Position numbers and translations under genes: made by a program. Under the pieces are notes generated by a model. The model was given only the letters and a program-made list of their open reading frames with translations, was not told the DNA's origin and ran no database searches. This document shows positions 38,674 to 48,904 of a stretch of 64,000 nucleotides of DNA, one piece after another (positions within the stretch are counted from its first letter, which is position 1; every line of letters starts with the position of its first letter). Source of the stretch: Candidatus Binataceae bacterium (GTDB lineage Bacteria > Desulfobacterota > Binatia > Binatales > Binataceae); assembly GCA_035531855.1 (NCBI GenBank), contig DATKSB010000080.1, positions 14,243-78,242 on the forward strand. The letters run 5' to 3'.

Positions 38674-40082
38674 CTATGGATCGCAGGCTTATCCGGCGAA
38701 GTAAGTTGGCGCTGTCGGTTGCGGCACTGGTGCTGGGGCTTGCCGGCGGCTGGTGCACTTGCGCCCACGCCCAACAGATCATGATTCCGCCAAACTCGGA
38801 TTTGACCCTCCAGCAGGCGACCGAGATCGCGCTTAAATTGCATCCGCTGCGAATGCAGTCAGAGGCTGATGAGACCGCCGCCCGCGCTGGAGTGGGTGTG
38901 GCTCGATCCGACCTGCTGCCGCAGGCGTATGGCTCGGCCCAATACCTGCGCAGCACTGACAACGGTATCGGCAACACCAACTACTTCGGACTCAATGTGT
39001 TTCCGCGTATGACGGGCCGCAATCACAACCAGGCCAGCAGCGACACCTCGCAGAGCACCGAGTCTTCAAACAATTATCTCGGCGGAGTGTCGATCTCGCA
39101 GTTCCTGTTCGACTTCGGCCGGGTCCGCGGCTATATCGACGAGCGCCGGGCCGACCTTGAAGCCGCCGACGCGCAGCTCAAGCTGACTGATCTGAACCTG
39201 ATTTTCGCGGTCGCCGAGCGCTACTATGAGCTTCTGGCCGCCCAGCAGGAAATCAAGGTTTACAACGAAGCGATTCGCCAGCGCAGCGAGCAACTGCATC
39301 AGGCAACCGAGCTCGCCAAAGCCGATCTGCGCCCCGGAATCGACGTGTCGATCACCCAGGCCGATCTCTCGCGCGCCCAGATGGAGCTGGTCAAAGCCGT
39401 CAACGCGCGCGACGACGCCAAGGTCGCGCTCGACGCCGCGATGGGCATGGCTGACTCGGCGCCGCCCTACAACGTGGTCGGCGGGCTGGCCTATTCACCG
39501 GTCACCGATACGCTGCCGGACTTGCTGGCGCGCGCGTTTCAGCTACGTCCCGATTTGAAAGTGTTGGTGGGCGAAGCCCGCGCGGCCGGCGCCCGCGTCG
39601 ATCAATTCAAGAGCGACTATCTTCCCACCGGAACCGCGCAGCTCGGTTACAGCGCGCTGGGAACCGGATTGCCCGCGGCGAACAACATGTTCGCCGGACT
39701 GGTGATCACCTGGCCGCTGTTCAACGGCTTTCGCACCGAGGATCAAATCGCCGAAGCCCGCGCCCGCGAACATGCTATCGGCTATGCCTTCGCCGACCTG
39801 CGCCAGCGAGTGGTTGAAGAGGTGCATACCTCATTCCTCAACTGGCAGGCGTCGGTGGTCGTCATCAAAAGGTCCGAAGAAACGCTGGCCGCCTCGCGCC
39901 AGGAGCTGAGCCTCGCGACCCAGCGCTATCGCGGAGGTCTGAGCTCGATCGTCGAACTCGACGACGCCGAGCGCCGCTTCACCGAGGACTCCGCCGCCTA
40001 CGTCAATGCGCTCTATGGGTACTCGGCGGCGCAGGCCGCGGTACAGCGCTCGACCGGGGAATCGATCGCCAATATCAAGTGA
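38670..40082 (+). CDS. TolC-family outer membrane efflux protein
   Basis: ATGA overlap with the MFP stop. Signal peptide. Two OEP repeats with coiled-coil regions. Confidence 0.8.
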   Translation: MTMDRRLIRRSKLALSVAALVLGLAGGWCTCAHAQQIMIPPNSDLTLQQATEIALKLHPLRMQSEADETAARAGVGVARSDLLPQAYGSAQYLRSTDNGIGNTNYFGLNVFPRMTGRNHNQASSDTSQSTESSNNYLGGVSISQFLFDFGRVRGYIDERRADLEAADAQLKLTDLNLIFAVAERYYELLAAQQEIKVYNEAIRQRSEQLHQATELAKADLRPGIDVSITQADLSRAQMELVKAVNARDDAKVALDAAMGMADSAPPYNVVGGLAYSPVTDTLPDLLARAFQLRPDLKVLVGEARAAGARVDQFKSDYLPTGTAQLGYSALGTGLPAANNMFAGLVITWPLFNGFRTEDQIAEARAREHAIGYAFADLRQRVVEEVHTSFLNWQASVVVIKRSEETLAASRQELSLATQRYRGGLSSIVELDDAERRFTEDSAAYVNALYGYSAAQAAVQRSTGESIANIK

Positions 40083-40335
40083 GCGCCTGACGTTCACATC
40101 AGGCGGTGGTGCTCAGTTTGCGCCCGTCATGTCACCGAGACCCCGCCCGTGATTTCGAGCGAAGAGAAAAATCCCGATCGCTAAGCCGCTGCAACTGGCG
40201 TAGCTCTATCCATCGGTGCCTCGGGTTATTTCGCCCCCGTGCCCGTCCGGCACCAGACTGCCCATTCGCAACAGTCAGAGACGCGGGTCGGAAATGACGA
40301 ACCACGGGTGCGGCTCAGCACCAAAAGAAAAGGCC

Positions 40336-40380
40336 ACGGGCGCCGGGGAGGAGTTCGGCCCGGCGCCCATGGCCACACAT
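40336..40380 (-). terminator. Intrinsic terminator downstream of the small lipoprotein gene
   Basis: Perfect 10-bp stem GGGCGCCGGG/CCCGGCGCCC, followed on the minus strand by GTGGCCTTTTCTTTTGG. Confidence 0.55.
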
Positions 40381-40420
40381 CCGGTTCCCACGCGCACTTC
40401 GCGGGAACCGGCTCGGGGGG

Positions 40421-40681
40421 CTATCTCACTTGCGTCGCACTGTCTATCTTTCCGTCAGCATCGGTCTCGAATACGTAATGATGACCCTGGTACGAGTAGA
40501 AGAGCATCTCGCCGCCGGTGTCGGTCATCGGTACGGCGCCCTTCGGATCGCCCATTTCCGATGACAGATCGCTCCGGGTTTTGCCAATCCATTCGCTCTG
40601 GCTCTGCTCCCGCGACGACGCGCATCCCGTCATCGCAAGCATCGCGAACCCCAGCACTCCGGCAATAATCACTCGCTTCAT
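40421..40681 (-). CDS. Small lipoprotein of unknown function
   Basis: MKRVIIAGVLGFAMLAMTGC lipobox; 86 aa. Confidence 0.5.
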   Translation of the reverse strand: MKRVIIAGVLGFAMLAMTGCASSREQSQSEWIGKTRSDLSSEMGDPKGAVPMTDTGGEMLFYSYQGHHYVFETDADGKIDSATQVR

Positions 40682-40700
40682 GCCCAATTGTCCCCATCGG

Positions 40701-42419
40701 TTAGTAGTTTACTTCCATGTTGATGAAGAACGCGTGCGTATCGCGCGGCACGGCGTCGGTCACGGACTTTCCCGCCGTCGATCCGGTGAACACCGGCGCA
40801 AAAGAATTCACATATGATTCCGAGACACTCCGCTGCGAATGATAGAACATCAGATTCTGCGAATCGATCGCAAAGCGCAAATACTCATTGTACTGATAGC
40901 TAATCCCGGCGACCCAGCGCTGGAAATCAAGTGGATCGTTATCCACCTTGGTGTTCGGCTGGAACCACTCGAATGTCCCGAACAGAGTAAATGGCGTTGT
41001 CGGGATATGATAATGCCCCATGAAGTCGAGTCCGCGCTCGACTGCGTTGCCATTTTCCAGAAACGCCGTCGTCATCTTGCTGAACCCGGCGTAAGAGGTC
41101 GTGGCCGTACCAAAGTAGTCCGCCGGTCCGCTTGACGAGAACAAATTCCCGCCGGTGAAAGCGTTGTGCCCGAAATCATACTCCGCGATCAAACCCCAAT
41201 TCTCCGCCGTGTAATGCAGCATCGCGGCGGCACGCATTATGTGACCCGTCTTGGCATTGAGAAGCGAGGTTCCCGTGGGACTGTCCGGCGCGACATTGCC
41301 ATAGCCGTAGTCATAGAAGAATGTCGCCCCCAGTCCCTGGAAACGCCACTTCGCGCCGAAGGGATACACGCTCAGCCGGCCCATTACCTGCTTGGTATTG
41401 GTCTGTTCGAACGCATGGAAGGTCGAGTTGTTATATGCACCAACGTCATAGTCAGCATACTGCTTTTCGTTGATCTTGATCGGCCCGGCAATTGATAATC
41501 CGGGCTGGGTTGAGGACAGGCTCAAATAGTTCCACGGAGTGAGATTGACATATCGATAGCCGTACAGGTCCTCTTCCCATGCCACCAGCGGATTGGGAAT
41601 GAACCCGCCCTGAATACTGTCGCCCTTGAGCGCGTCGGATAACCGGTCAAACACTTTACTATATTGCAAGTATGCATATTTGAGCCGATAGTTCATGCCG
41701 CCCGACAGGTTGCTGCCGATTGCACTCGAGCTCCCGAACTTGTCCGCCGGCGCAGTTCCATCGCCGCGATATATGTTCGGCGTCACCCGCAGCGTAAATC
41801 CATCGGCCGGAAAGAAAAAGAAATTCAGATACGCGCGGCTGATATCGAACGAATTGAAACTATTGTTGCCCGGCCCCGGCGAGTTGATCTGCGTGAGTTC
41901 CTGCGGTCCGAACCCGGTATGCGTATAGAAGCGGTAGTCGCCATATACCAGGGTGCCGACTGCGAACTTGTTCTGGAAATTGGTAATATAGTCGCGCCAT
42001 GCGGGCTTGATTTCGGCGACCTGCTGCGCCAGTTGATGATTTTGCGACGCGAGTTCGTCGTTCTTTTTCTCCAGATCAAATAGCTGCTGCTGGTTCTGCT
42101 GCAACTGCGCCTGCGTCTTTTCCTCGACATGCCGCTCGATCGTGTTGGGATCTAGCGCCGTCGCGGGAATCGTCGTCAGGAGCGAACGGCCTTTGCCGGG
42201 CCGCGTAAAGACTTGGCCGGTTGCCGGATCAACATACAGCGTCAGCATCGGCGTGGCTCCCGCCGAGCTGCTTTGCGCGCGCGCCACCCCGGTTCCCGCC
42301 AGAGCGACGAGCACCGCCCCTGCCAACGCGGCGATCGCGTAGCTGAATCTTCTCCTGTTCACGGAGATCCTCCCATTCTGGAGATCCGCGGCGCCGCCGC
42401 GAATCCATTTTTTCCGCAT
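40701..42419 (-). CDS. Outer-membrane beta-barrel porin-like protein with an N-terminal coiled-coil (OprO/P-like architecture)
   Basis: Signal peptide. Gln-rich coiled coil (QAQLQQNQQQLFDLEKKNDELASQNHQLAQQ). Alternating amphipathic strands rich in Tyr/Gly/Asn. C-terminal aromatic residues (FFINMEVNY). Confidence 0.55.
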   Translation of the reverse strand: MRKKWIRGGAADLQNGRISVNRRRFSYAIAALAGAVLVALAGTGVARAQSSSAGATPMLTLYVDPATGQVFTRPGKGRSLLTTIPATALDPNTIERHVEEKTQAQLQQNQQQLFDLEKKNDELASQNHQLAQQVAEIKPAWRDYITNFQNKFAVGTLVYGDYRFYTHTGFGPQELTQINSPGPGNNSFNSFDISRAYLNFFFFPADGFTLRVTPNIYRGDGTAPADKFGSSSAIGSNLSGGMNYRLKYAYLQYSKVFDRLSDALKGDSIQGGFIPNPLVAWEEDLYGYRYVNLTPWNYLSLSSTQPGLSIAGPIKINEKQYADYDVGAYNNSTFHAFEQTNTKQVMGRLSVYPFGAKWRFQGLGATFFYDYGYGNVAPDSPTGTSLLNAKTGHIMRAAAMLHYTAENWGLIAEYDFGHNAFTGGNLFSSSGPADYFGTATTSYAGFSKMTTAFLENGNAVERGLDFMGHYHIPTTPFTLFGTFEWFQPNTKVDNDPLDFQRWVAGISYQYNEYLRFAIDSQNLMFYHSQRSVSESYVNSFAPVFTGSTAGKSVTDAVPRDTHAFFINMEVNY

Positions 42420-42485
42420 CGGCACGCTACTCGTGCGCATTTTGCGTGCGGAGGGTTAAACGGTCTGGTCGTCGCCGGCTCGGCG

Positions 42486-42799
42486 CTAATTCACGGACTT
42501 TTGAGAATCGCTCCAGTCCGCGCGCATCTGGGTTATTTGCCGCGACGTATATACCTTGCCGTCACAGGCGTATTTGCTTGGCGATCCGATGCTGACGATG
42601 CCGCAATCCAGAATATTTGGCGGCGCCGCAGGCTTTGCGCTCGCGCTCTGCGCAGACGGCGGCGGGTCAATCGGCCTCGCCATCGTAAACGCCGAGTCCG
42701 AGCATCCCGCCGCCGCGATCATGATTGCCGCGGCGAGAGTACTCACTTTCAGCGCCCCACCAAGCGTCTTGCTATTCGATCTGGTTCGGTTCATCCGCA
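42486..42799 (-). CDS. Small lipoprotein of unknown function
   Basis: MRMNRTRSNSKTLGGALKVSTLAAAIMIAAAGC lipobox; two Cys in the mature part. Confidence 0.45.
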
Positions 42800-43103
42800 T
42801 TTCTCCCATTACCAATTGCGAATCCCTGAGTGATGCTGTAGTCCGATTTGCAGACATTTTTGATCTTCCCCTCCGGTCAGGGTCTCGCCGTCGCAACCCA
42901 ATGCGCGGCAGGTGAAACCTAAGCGGCCAAGGTTACGGGCGAATTAACGCGCCGTTGCCCGCAATTGAATTCGGAAGCGGTGCTTCGGCTTCCGGGCGAA
43001 ATAATCGAAGCAATCCGGGCCGTTTGCATTTTTGCGCTGTGCTCAACCACAATTGCGCACGACGCCGCGCGGATGCGGCGCGATTTTTTCTTCGAGGCTC
43101 GCG

Positions 43104-45428
43104 ATGAAGGCGCTTGACGGAGTTAATGTTCTCGAACTTGCTTCCAATCTGGGCGCGGAATACGCCGCGTGGATCCTGGCCGAGCAGGGCGCTCGCACGA
43201 TCAAAGTCGAACCGCCCGGCGGCGCGGCGCATCGCGGCTCATCGCACTTTCATCTCTTGAACCGCTCGAAAAACGGGGTGTTCTTTGACCTCGCCGCCGC
43301 ATCAAGCGGACCGCGCGTGGCGGAGCTTTTGCGCTGGGCCGATATCGTCGTCACCGGCTCCACCCCGGCCCGCCTCTCCGCGCTCGGTCTCGGCTACGAA
43401 TCGATTCGCGAGATCAATCCGCGCGCGATCGCCGTTAATGTTCCTCCCTTCGGCAGCCGCGGACCGCTAGCCGAATTCGACGCGAATGACGAACTGATCG
43501 CGGCCTTCGGCGGGATCACCGGCAGCCAGTGGGCGCGCAGCTCGAATCCCGTGGCGCTGGTGTTTCCAGCGGCGAGCTATTCAGCTGGCTTGATGGCCGC
43601 GACTGGCGCAACCGCGGCGCTCTATGCGCGCGCCAATGGCGTCGCGGGCCAGGCCGTCGAGGCCTCGATGCTCGCGGGCGCATTTTCGCTACAAACCGGC
43701 GGTATTCTGCATCATGAGTCGCTGACCCGGCTCTATCACGGACCGCAGGATCCGCTCGGCCCGATTCCGGTTTACCGTCTGTTCCAGTCAAGCGACGGAA
43801 AATATTTCTTTGCCGCATGCGGCAACGCGACCTTCTGGGGCAAGTTCGCGATCGCGCTCGAGCGCCCCGACCTGGTCGCCGACGATCGCTTCGAGAACGC
43901 GCCGTGGGGTATTGCGAGCGCGCACTGGCAGGAACTGAAGGATATCATCGAGCCTATCACCCGCTCCCGCCCGCGCGCCGAATGGCTCCGTATCCTGCGC
44001 GAGGCCGACGTTCCCAGCGCCCCCGTGATGACCCGGCAGGAATTTATCGAATGGGAGCAGACGCGCGCGCTCGGGATGCGCCAGGAGATCGCCGATCCCA
44101 CGCTTGGTGCAACCGTCCAGATGGGCTTGCCGTTTTTTCTGAACGACACCCCCGGCGCAATCACCGGTCCCGCGCCCGCCGTCGGTGACGAACGTGTAGC
44201 GACCCAATGGCTCGCGGAACCTCGCACGCAGGACGCGCGTGCTGCCGCGACGCAATCCGCCGTGCGTTCGGAGAAAGGTCCGCTCGACGGAATCTTCGTG
44301 CTCGATTTCGCGAGTTACATTGCCGGCTCCTACGGCCCCATGATCCTGGCGCAACTCGGAGCCGAAGTGATCAAGATCGAAAGCCTCGAGGGCGATTCGT
44401 TTCGCCACTTCGGCTTCGGTTTTCTCGGATGGAACCAGGGCAAACGCGGGCTCGCGCTCGATCTCACCAAACCCGACGGCCGCGAGATCATCCGCGGACT
44501 CGCCGCGCGCGCCGACGTGATCATCGAAAATCTGCGCCCCGGCCGCATGCAGCGCTTCGGCTACGATTACAAAACTCTCGCCGCGATCAACCCGCGCCTC
44601 ATCTATATGTCGGTCAACGGTTTCGGAAACCGCGGGCCCGAGCACAATCAACCCGGATTCGATCCGCTGTTGCAGGCGCGTTCGGGCGTGATGGCGGCAC
44701 AGGGCGGCCCGCACGCGCATCCGGTCTATCTCACCTGCGCTATCTGCGATTACGGCGCCGCGATGATCTCGGCGCTGGGATGCGTAATGGCGCTGCGCGC
44801 CCGCCAGAAGACTGGCTGCGGACAATTCTGCGAAACCTCGCTGCTGCAAGCCGCGATGGCTCTGCAAGCGGGCGAGTTCATTTTCTATCCTGGCCGCCCG
44901 GACCTGGAAAACGGCAATCCCGAGCGCCGCGGAAGCGCTGCTCTGTCGCGCGCCTACTCATGCCAGGACGGCGAATGGCTATTCATCTCGATCGACAATC
45001 CCGTACAGTGGGAAGCACTGCGAAACGCACTGCCGGCTCTTCCCGCGCTCGATTGGAACGCCGCGCGCGCCGAACCCGTCGATGGCCGCCTGGCCACCGC
45101 ACTCGAAGTCTCGCTCGCGCCGCTTCGCCGCACCGGAATCATCGAGCAATTGCGCCGCGCGGATATTCCAGCCGTGCCGGTGCGCCACTTCAAGGAGATG
45201 TTCGACGATCCGCAGATCGCGGCCAACGAGTTGATCGCGGAGGTAACCCATCCCGAATTCGGCAAAGTCCGGCAGACCGGAATGCTAATCAAGTTTTCCA
45301 CGACCGCGGCCCAAATCGACCGCGCCGCCCCGCTGTTGGGACAGCACACCGACGAAATCCTCCGCGACTACCTGGGCTACGACGCAACGAAAATCGCGGC
45401 ATTACACCAATCGAGAATCGTCTGCTAA
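43104..45428 (+). CDS. Tandem-fused family III CoA-transferase (two CaiB/BaiF-type domains in one 775-aa polypeptide)
   Basis: First domain from LDGVNVLELASNLGAEYAAWILAEQGA. Second domain from LDGIFVLDFASYIAGSYGPMILAQLGAEVIKIES. Each half is about 380 aa. Confidence 0.8.
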   Translation: MKALDGVNVLELASNLGAEYAAWILAEQGARTIKVEPPGGAAHRGSSHFHLLNRSKNGVFFDLAAASSGPRVAELLRWADIVVTGSTPARLSALGLGYESIREINPRAIAVNVPPFGSRGPLAEFDANDELIAAFGGITGSQWARSSNPVALVFPAASYSAGLMAATGATAALYARANGVAGQAVEASMLAGAFSLQTGGILHHESLTRLYHGPQDPLGPIPVYRLFQSSDGKYFFAACGNATFWGKFAIALERPDLVADDRFENAPWGIASAHWQELKDIIEPITRSRPRAEWLRILREADVPSAPVMTRQEFIEWEQTRALGMRQEIADPTLGATVQMGLPFFLNDTPGAITGPAPAVGDERVATQWLAEPRTQDARAAATQSAVRSEKGPLDGIFVLDFASYIAGSYGPMILAQLGAEVIKIESLEGDSFRHFGFGFLGWNQGKRGLALDLTKPDGREIIRGLAARADVIIENLRPGRMQRFGYDYKTLAAINPRLIYMSVNGFGNRGPEHNQPGFDPLLQARSGVMAAQGGPHAHPVYLTCAICDYGAAMISALGCVMALRARQKTGCGQFCETSLLQAAMALQAGEFIFYPGRPDLENGNPERRGSAALSRAYSCQDGEWLFISIDNPVQWEALRNALPALPALDWNAARAEPVDGRLATALEVSLAPLRRTGIIEQLRRADIPAVPVRHFKEMFDDPQIAANELIAEVTHPEFGKVRQTGMLIKFSTTAAQIDRAAPLLGQHTDEILRDYLGYDATKIAALHQSRIVC

Positions 45429-45506
45429 TCTCGCTCGCCCATACTTGCCATCATCAGCACGAGCGCGGATGCTCTTGCCCGAAGGGGCGGGCGGGAAGGA
45501 GCAACG

Positions 45507-46109
45507 ATGCCATCACAAGCAGACGCGGTTATCGCAACCGAGCTTCAGCCCGGCGAAGAGATGCTCTGGTGCGCGCAACCCGACGGTACCTCGCGATTTT
45601 TCATCCGGATTGCCTTAGTCGTCTTGTGCATCGTCGCCGCGATCGGCATTCACGGCATAACCGACACGCTCGCGTTCAGGCTCGCGATGCCGTTTGGACT
45701 TAAGCCCGGCTCGGCGGCTCTGTGGGCGCTCGCCGCGGTGATCCTGGTCGATTCGATCCTCTTCGGCGCATACATAGTCAATACTTACTACGGACTGACT
45801 AATCGCCGAGTGATCATAGTTTCCAATCTGCCGCGCCACAGCGTATATGATTTTGCGCTGGACGATTTTCGCGGCGCGAAGCTCGGCTTCACGCGCCTCG
45901 GCACTACCGTCGAGATCTACCGCGGATCACCGGGAACATTTTTCAGCAATAACCTGATGCTGTTCGCAAATCCCTCGATCCAGCGCGGCGGCGCCTTGGG
46001 TATCGAGCATTATTTTCTGGTCGGGATTCCCGACGCGGGAATCGTAGAGCAAGCACTCCGCGACGCCGCCTCCGGAATGCCGGCTACCCCGTTCGCGACG
46101 GAATCCTGA
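45507..46109 (+). CDS. Membrane protein with two TM helices and a bacterial PH (bPH_2/DUF304-like) domain
   Basis: Two N-terminal TM helices, then YYGLTNRRVIIVS in a PH-like fold. Confidence 0.5.
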   Translation: MPSQADAVIATELQPGEEMLWCAQPDGTSRFFIRIALVVLCIVAAIGIHGITDTLAFRLAMPFGLKPGSAALWALAAVILVDSILFGAYIVNTYYGLTNRRVIIVSNLPRHSVYDFALDDFRGAKLGFTRLGTTVEIYRGSPGTFFSNNLMLFANPSIQRGGALGIEHYFLVGIPDAGIVEQALRDAASGMPATPFATES

Positions 46110-46147
46110 ACGATTTCCTTGTATAGCAAAGCTGCTATACTCCAGCA

Positions 46148-46477
46148 GTGGACCGGTGGAAAGTAGAAATTCTCGATGAGTCTGTCGAGGCTGAATTGTT
46201 TTCACTGCCCAAGGATATGCAAGCCAGATTCCTGAGAATTTCCGCGTTACTTGAGGCTTTCGGCCCGCAGCATGTGGGCCTCCCGCATACCAGGCCACTT
46301 GGCGAGAAGCTGTGGGAGATGCGCCTGACGGGTAAGGACGGGATCGGCCGGACCATTTATACGGCAACATCAGGGCGCCGCCTGATGGTGCTTCACGCGT
46401 TCGTGAAGAAGACGCAAAAGACGCCCAGGCGCGCGATCGAAATAGCGCTCAGGCGAAGCAGGGAGATCGTGTGGTGA
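46148..46477 (+). CDS. higB: Type II toxin, HigB / Gp49-like (RelE/ParE superfamily)
   Basis: 109 aa with GTG start; immediately upstream of and overlapping an XRE-HTH gene (HigBA order). Confidence 0.7.
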   Translation: MDRWKVEILDESVEAELFSLPKDMQARFLRISALLEAFGPQHVGLPHTRPLGEKLWEMRLTGKDGIGRTIYTATSGRRLMVLHAFVKKTQKTPRRAIEIALRRSREIVW

Positions 46478-46755
46478 AAAAGAGCCTCCATTCAATCAAG
46501 ACGAAGATGCTCTCCGATCGCGCTGTCAGCGCCGCCTATGATGCGCTCGCCGACGAATTCCATCTCGCGCGTGAACTGATCGGCGCGCGGGTACGTGCAG
46601 GGTTGACCCAGGCGGAGCTGGCCCATCGGATGGGCACGACGCAATCCGCAATCGCCCGGCTCGAAAGCGGCACCCGAATGCCCAGCGTGAACACGCTTCT
46701 CAGGTTCGCAAAGGCGACCCACTCGCGCCCCGTCATCAAGCTGCAAGCCGCTTAA
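46471..46755 (+). CDS. higA: HigA-type antitoxin, XRE-family HTH
   Basis: LTQAELAHRMGTTQSAIARLESG helix-turn-helix; overlaps the toxin stop. Confidence 0.7.
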   Translation: MVKKSLHSIKTKMLSDRAVSAAYDALADEFHLARELIGARVRAGLTQAELAHRMGTTQSAIARLESGTRMPSVNTLLRFAKATHSRPVIKLQAA

Positions 46756-46784
46756 TCGCCGCCGGGACGCTCGTGTGGCGCGCT

Positions 46785-47885
46785 TCAGTCGATGCGCAAT
46801 GCGTCCGCCGGCGGGAGTGCCGGGAACGGCGCGGCGGGCAGCGTCTGATACCAGTATGCGACCGAGGCGATATCGTCGCGCAGGGGCAGGAACTCGGCGC
46901 CCTTGCGCGGGTCGCCCTTCCATCCGAGCGCCTGGATCGTCACGCGCAAATCCTGTTTGAAGCGGACCGGATCGCCGATATGCCACCGGTACATCCCGAA
47001 TCGCATTTGCGAGCTGTACAGCCCGTCCGGACGAATCACCTGCGCCAGGCCCGAGTATGGTGTCGTGAATTCCCGGTAGCCGCCATTGTCGCGCCCGACG
47101 TCGAAATTATATGACCCGCCGAAATAATCTTCGGTGCCGGTGCCGCAAATCGTCGGGAACTCTCCGTCGCCGTCGAGGAAGAATTTAATTTCGCCCTCGC
47201 CCCACCATCCATTGTTGTGCACGCCCCACGCCAGGTACGTGCCGACGTAATGCCCCTGCCCGCACACGCCGTCGAGGATCGTAACCACCTGTTTTTCCGG
47301 CAACGGATTGACGCGCCGGAACTGCGCGTGAAAAGACGCGGCGTCGGCGGGCACTTCGGTCAGCGTGTAGTTGATTTGATAAAACAGGATCATCGCCGCC
47401 GCGCCGATATTGGTCATCGTGATTCGCGCGCGGCTGCGAAACGGCATCTCCCAGTAGCAGTTGAACGCGCTGCCGGGATTCACGCATACCGCGAGCGAGG
47501 AAATTTGCGCGTAGCGGTTCCATCCGCAAGCGAAAAAATCTCCCACCGGACATTCGACCGAGGGCGCGGCCTGGTCGTCCCAATAGACGCGCAAGATCGA
47601 CGCGCGCCACGGACCTGTCGGCGTCATCCAGATTTGCTGGATCGCACCCTGTCCCGCGATATCGGCAAGCGTCGCGCTCTCGCCGGGCTGGATAATGATG
47701 TACGGCCGCACTTTCCATCCGCGCCCGAGACTGCGCGCCGGGCTGCTCGTGAGGTCGGGCTCGGCCATCGCGCCGCGGCCTTTCTCGCCGGTCGGATTTT
47801 CGGGACTGATCGAGCGCGAGTCTGCGTTCGAGAGCCGCGACAAGGTGCCTAGATGCATGCCAAGTCCGTTGAATGATGAAGCCAT
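46785..47885 (-). CDS. DUF2961 (GH172-like) family protein
   Basis: RSISPENPTGEKG ... IWMT ... CGTGTEDYFGG motifs typical of DUF2961. The real start is probably MASSFNGLGM; the upstream part of the ORF is Arg-rich junk. Confidence 0.6.
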   Translation of the reverse strand: MASSFNGLGMHLGTLSRLSNADSRSISPENPTGEKGRGAMAEPDLTSSPARSLGRGWKVRPYIIIQPGESATLADIAGQGAIQQIWMTPTGPWRASILRVYWDDQAAPSVECPVGDFFACGWNRYAQISSLAVCVNPGSAFNCYWEMPFRSRARITMTNIGAAAMILFYQINYTLTEVPADAASFHAQFRRVNPLPEKQVVTILDGVCGQGHYVGTYLAWGVHNNGWWGEGEIKFFLDGDGEFPTICGTGTEDYFGGSYNFDVGRDNGGYREFTTPYSGLAQVIRPDGLYSSQMRFGMYRWHIGDPVRFKQDLRVTIQALGWKGDPRKGAEFLPLRDDIASVAYWYQTLPAAPFPALPPADALRID

Positions 47886-47956
47886 CGCGAGTGAGCCTCC
47901 GGGCGCGCGCAATTGTAGGCGATCGGACCTGCGATGCGGAAGCGCGCGCAGCTCGG

Positions 47957-48892
47957 CTAAATCTCGATTGCGACGGTGATAAAATCGTGATCCGAAAACC
48001 GCCGCGCCGCGAATGATCCGCGCGCCGCGACAACTTGCGCGCTGCCTGCCGCCGCACGCGCGCCGCGCAGCGCGATCCAGTCCAGACGCGGACGAAACAA
48101 CGCGGGAATCGCGCGCGAGAATGTGAACGTCGGGCGGCCGAGCGCGTTCGCGCCCTCGATCTCGAATCCCGCCCCGGCTATCCGCTCGAACATCGGTTCG
48201 TAGCGCTGCGGACTTTTGAATCGCCACGGAGTCACCAGCATCGTCGCAAAAACGCGTGCGAATGACGCCGGACGCATCAGCTCCGCAGTCGTGGAGTTCA
48301 GGTCGCCGCCGATTATCGCCGGTCCTTCTTTTGGAAACCCGTTCACAAAGGCGGCCATTTGTGCCGCGCGGCCGGCAGGAGCGCAGCGGCTATGCAGATG
48401 CATTACGCCGATCCAAATCGAGCCGCCGCCGAACCTCGCGCGCGCGGCCAGCCCAGCGAAGCCACCCGTCCATCCGTGCCGCAGGCGGTCAGCTTTTTCC
48501 GGCTGAGGATCCGGCATCGGTATCGCGCGGACATCTTCCAGCGGCGCCGACGACAGGATCGCGTTGCCCATGCATATGCGGTTATTCGCGCCGCCGCTCG
48601 AGCGGCTGAACTCCGGCAGATAGGCCATGTTCATCCCGAGCCGCGACGCCAGCTCCGGCGCGACTTCGCGTCGCCGGGACCGTGGGGTGCGCCAATCCGC
48701 CTCGCACAGAAGGATTATCGATGCGTCTTTGAGAGGCGGAAGCGACAACCGCCGCGCGATTTCCTCGACCTTGGCGCCTCCCGCGGCGTTAAATTCAACT
48801 GCGCGGATCGGTCCATTTCGGTCGCTCGCGGTCTGCTTGCGAACGTTACCGACGTTGCGAACGACAGCCGCATACGGATGCTCGAGGCTCAC
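47957..48892 (-). CDS. Endonuclease/exonuclease/phosphatase (EEP) family protein
   Basis: Catalytic motifs including the C-terminal SDHDFITV. Confidence 0.7.
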   Translation of the reverse strand: MSLEHPYAAVVRNVGNVRKQTASDRNGPIRAVEFNAAGGAKVEEIARRLSLPPLKDASIILLCEADWRTPRSRRREVAPELASRLGMNMAYLPEFSRSSGGANNRICMGNAILSSAPLEDVRAIPMPDPQPEKADRLRHGWTGGFAGLAARARFGGGSIWIGVMHLHSRCAPAGRAAQMAAFVNGFPKEGPAIIGGDLNSTTAELMRPASFARVFATMLVTPWRFKSPQRYEPMFERIAGAGFEIEGANALGRPTFTFSRAIPALFRPRLDWIALRGARAAAGSAQVVAARGSFAARRFSDHDFITVAIEI

Positions 48893-48904
48893 AGCGACGT
48901 CCGA

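Noticed and set aside
43788-44867. 359-aa minus ORF and the 498-aa alternative-frame plus ORF (44207..45703)
   Set aside because: Overlap the tandem CoA-transferase gene in other frames; Arg-rich junk translations.
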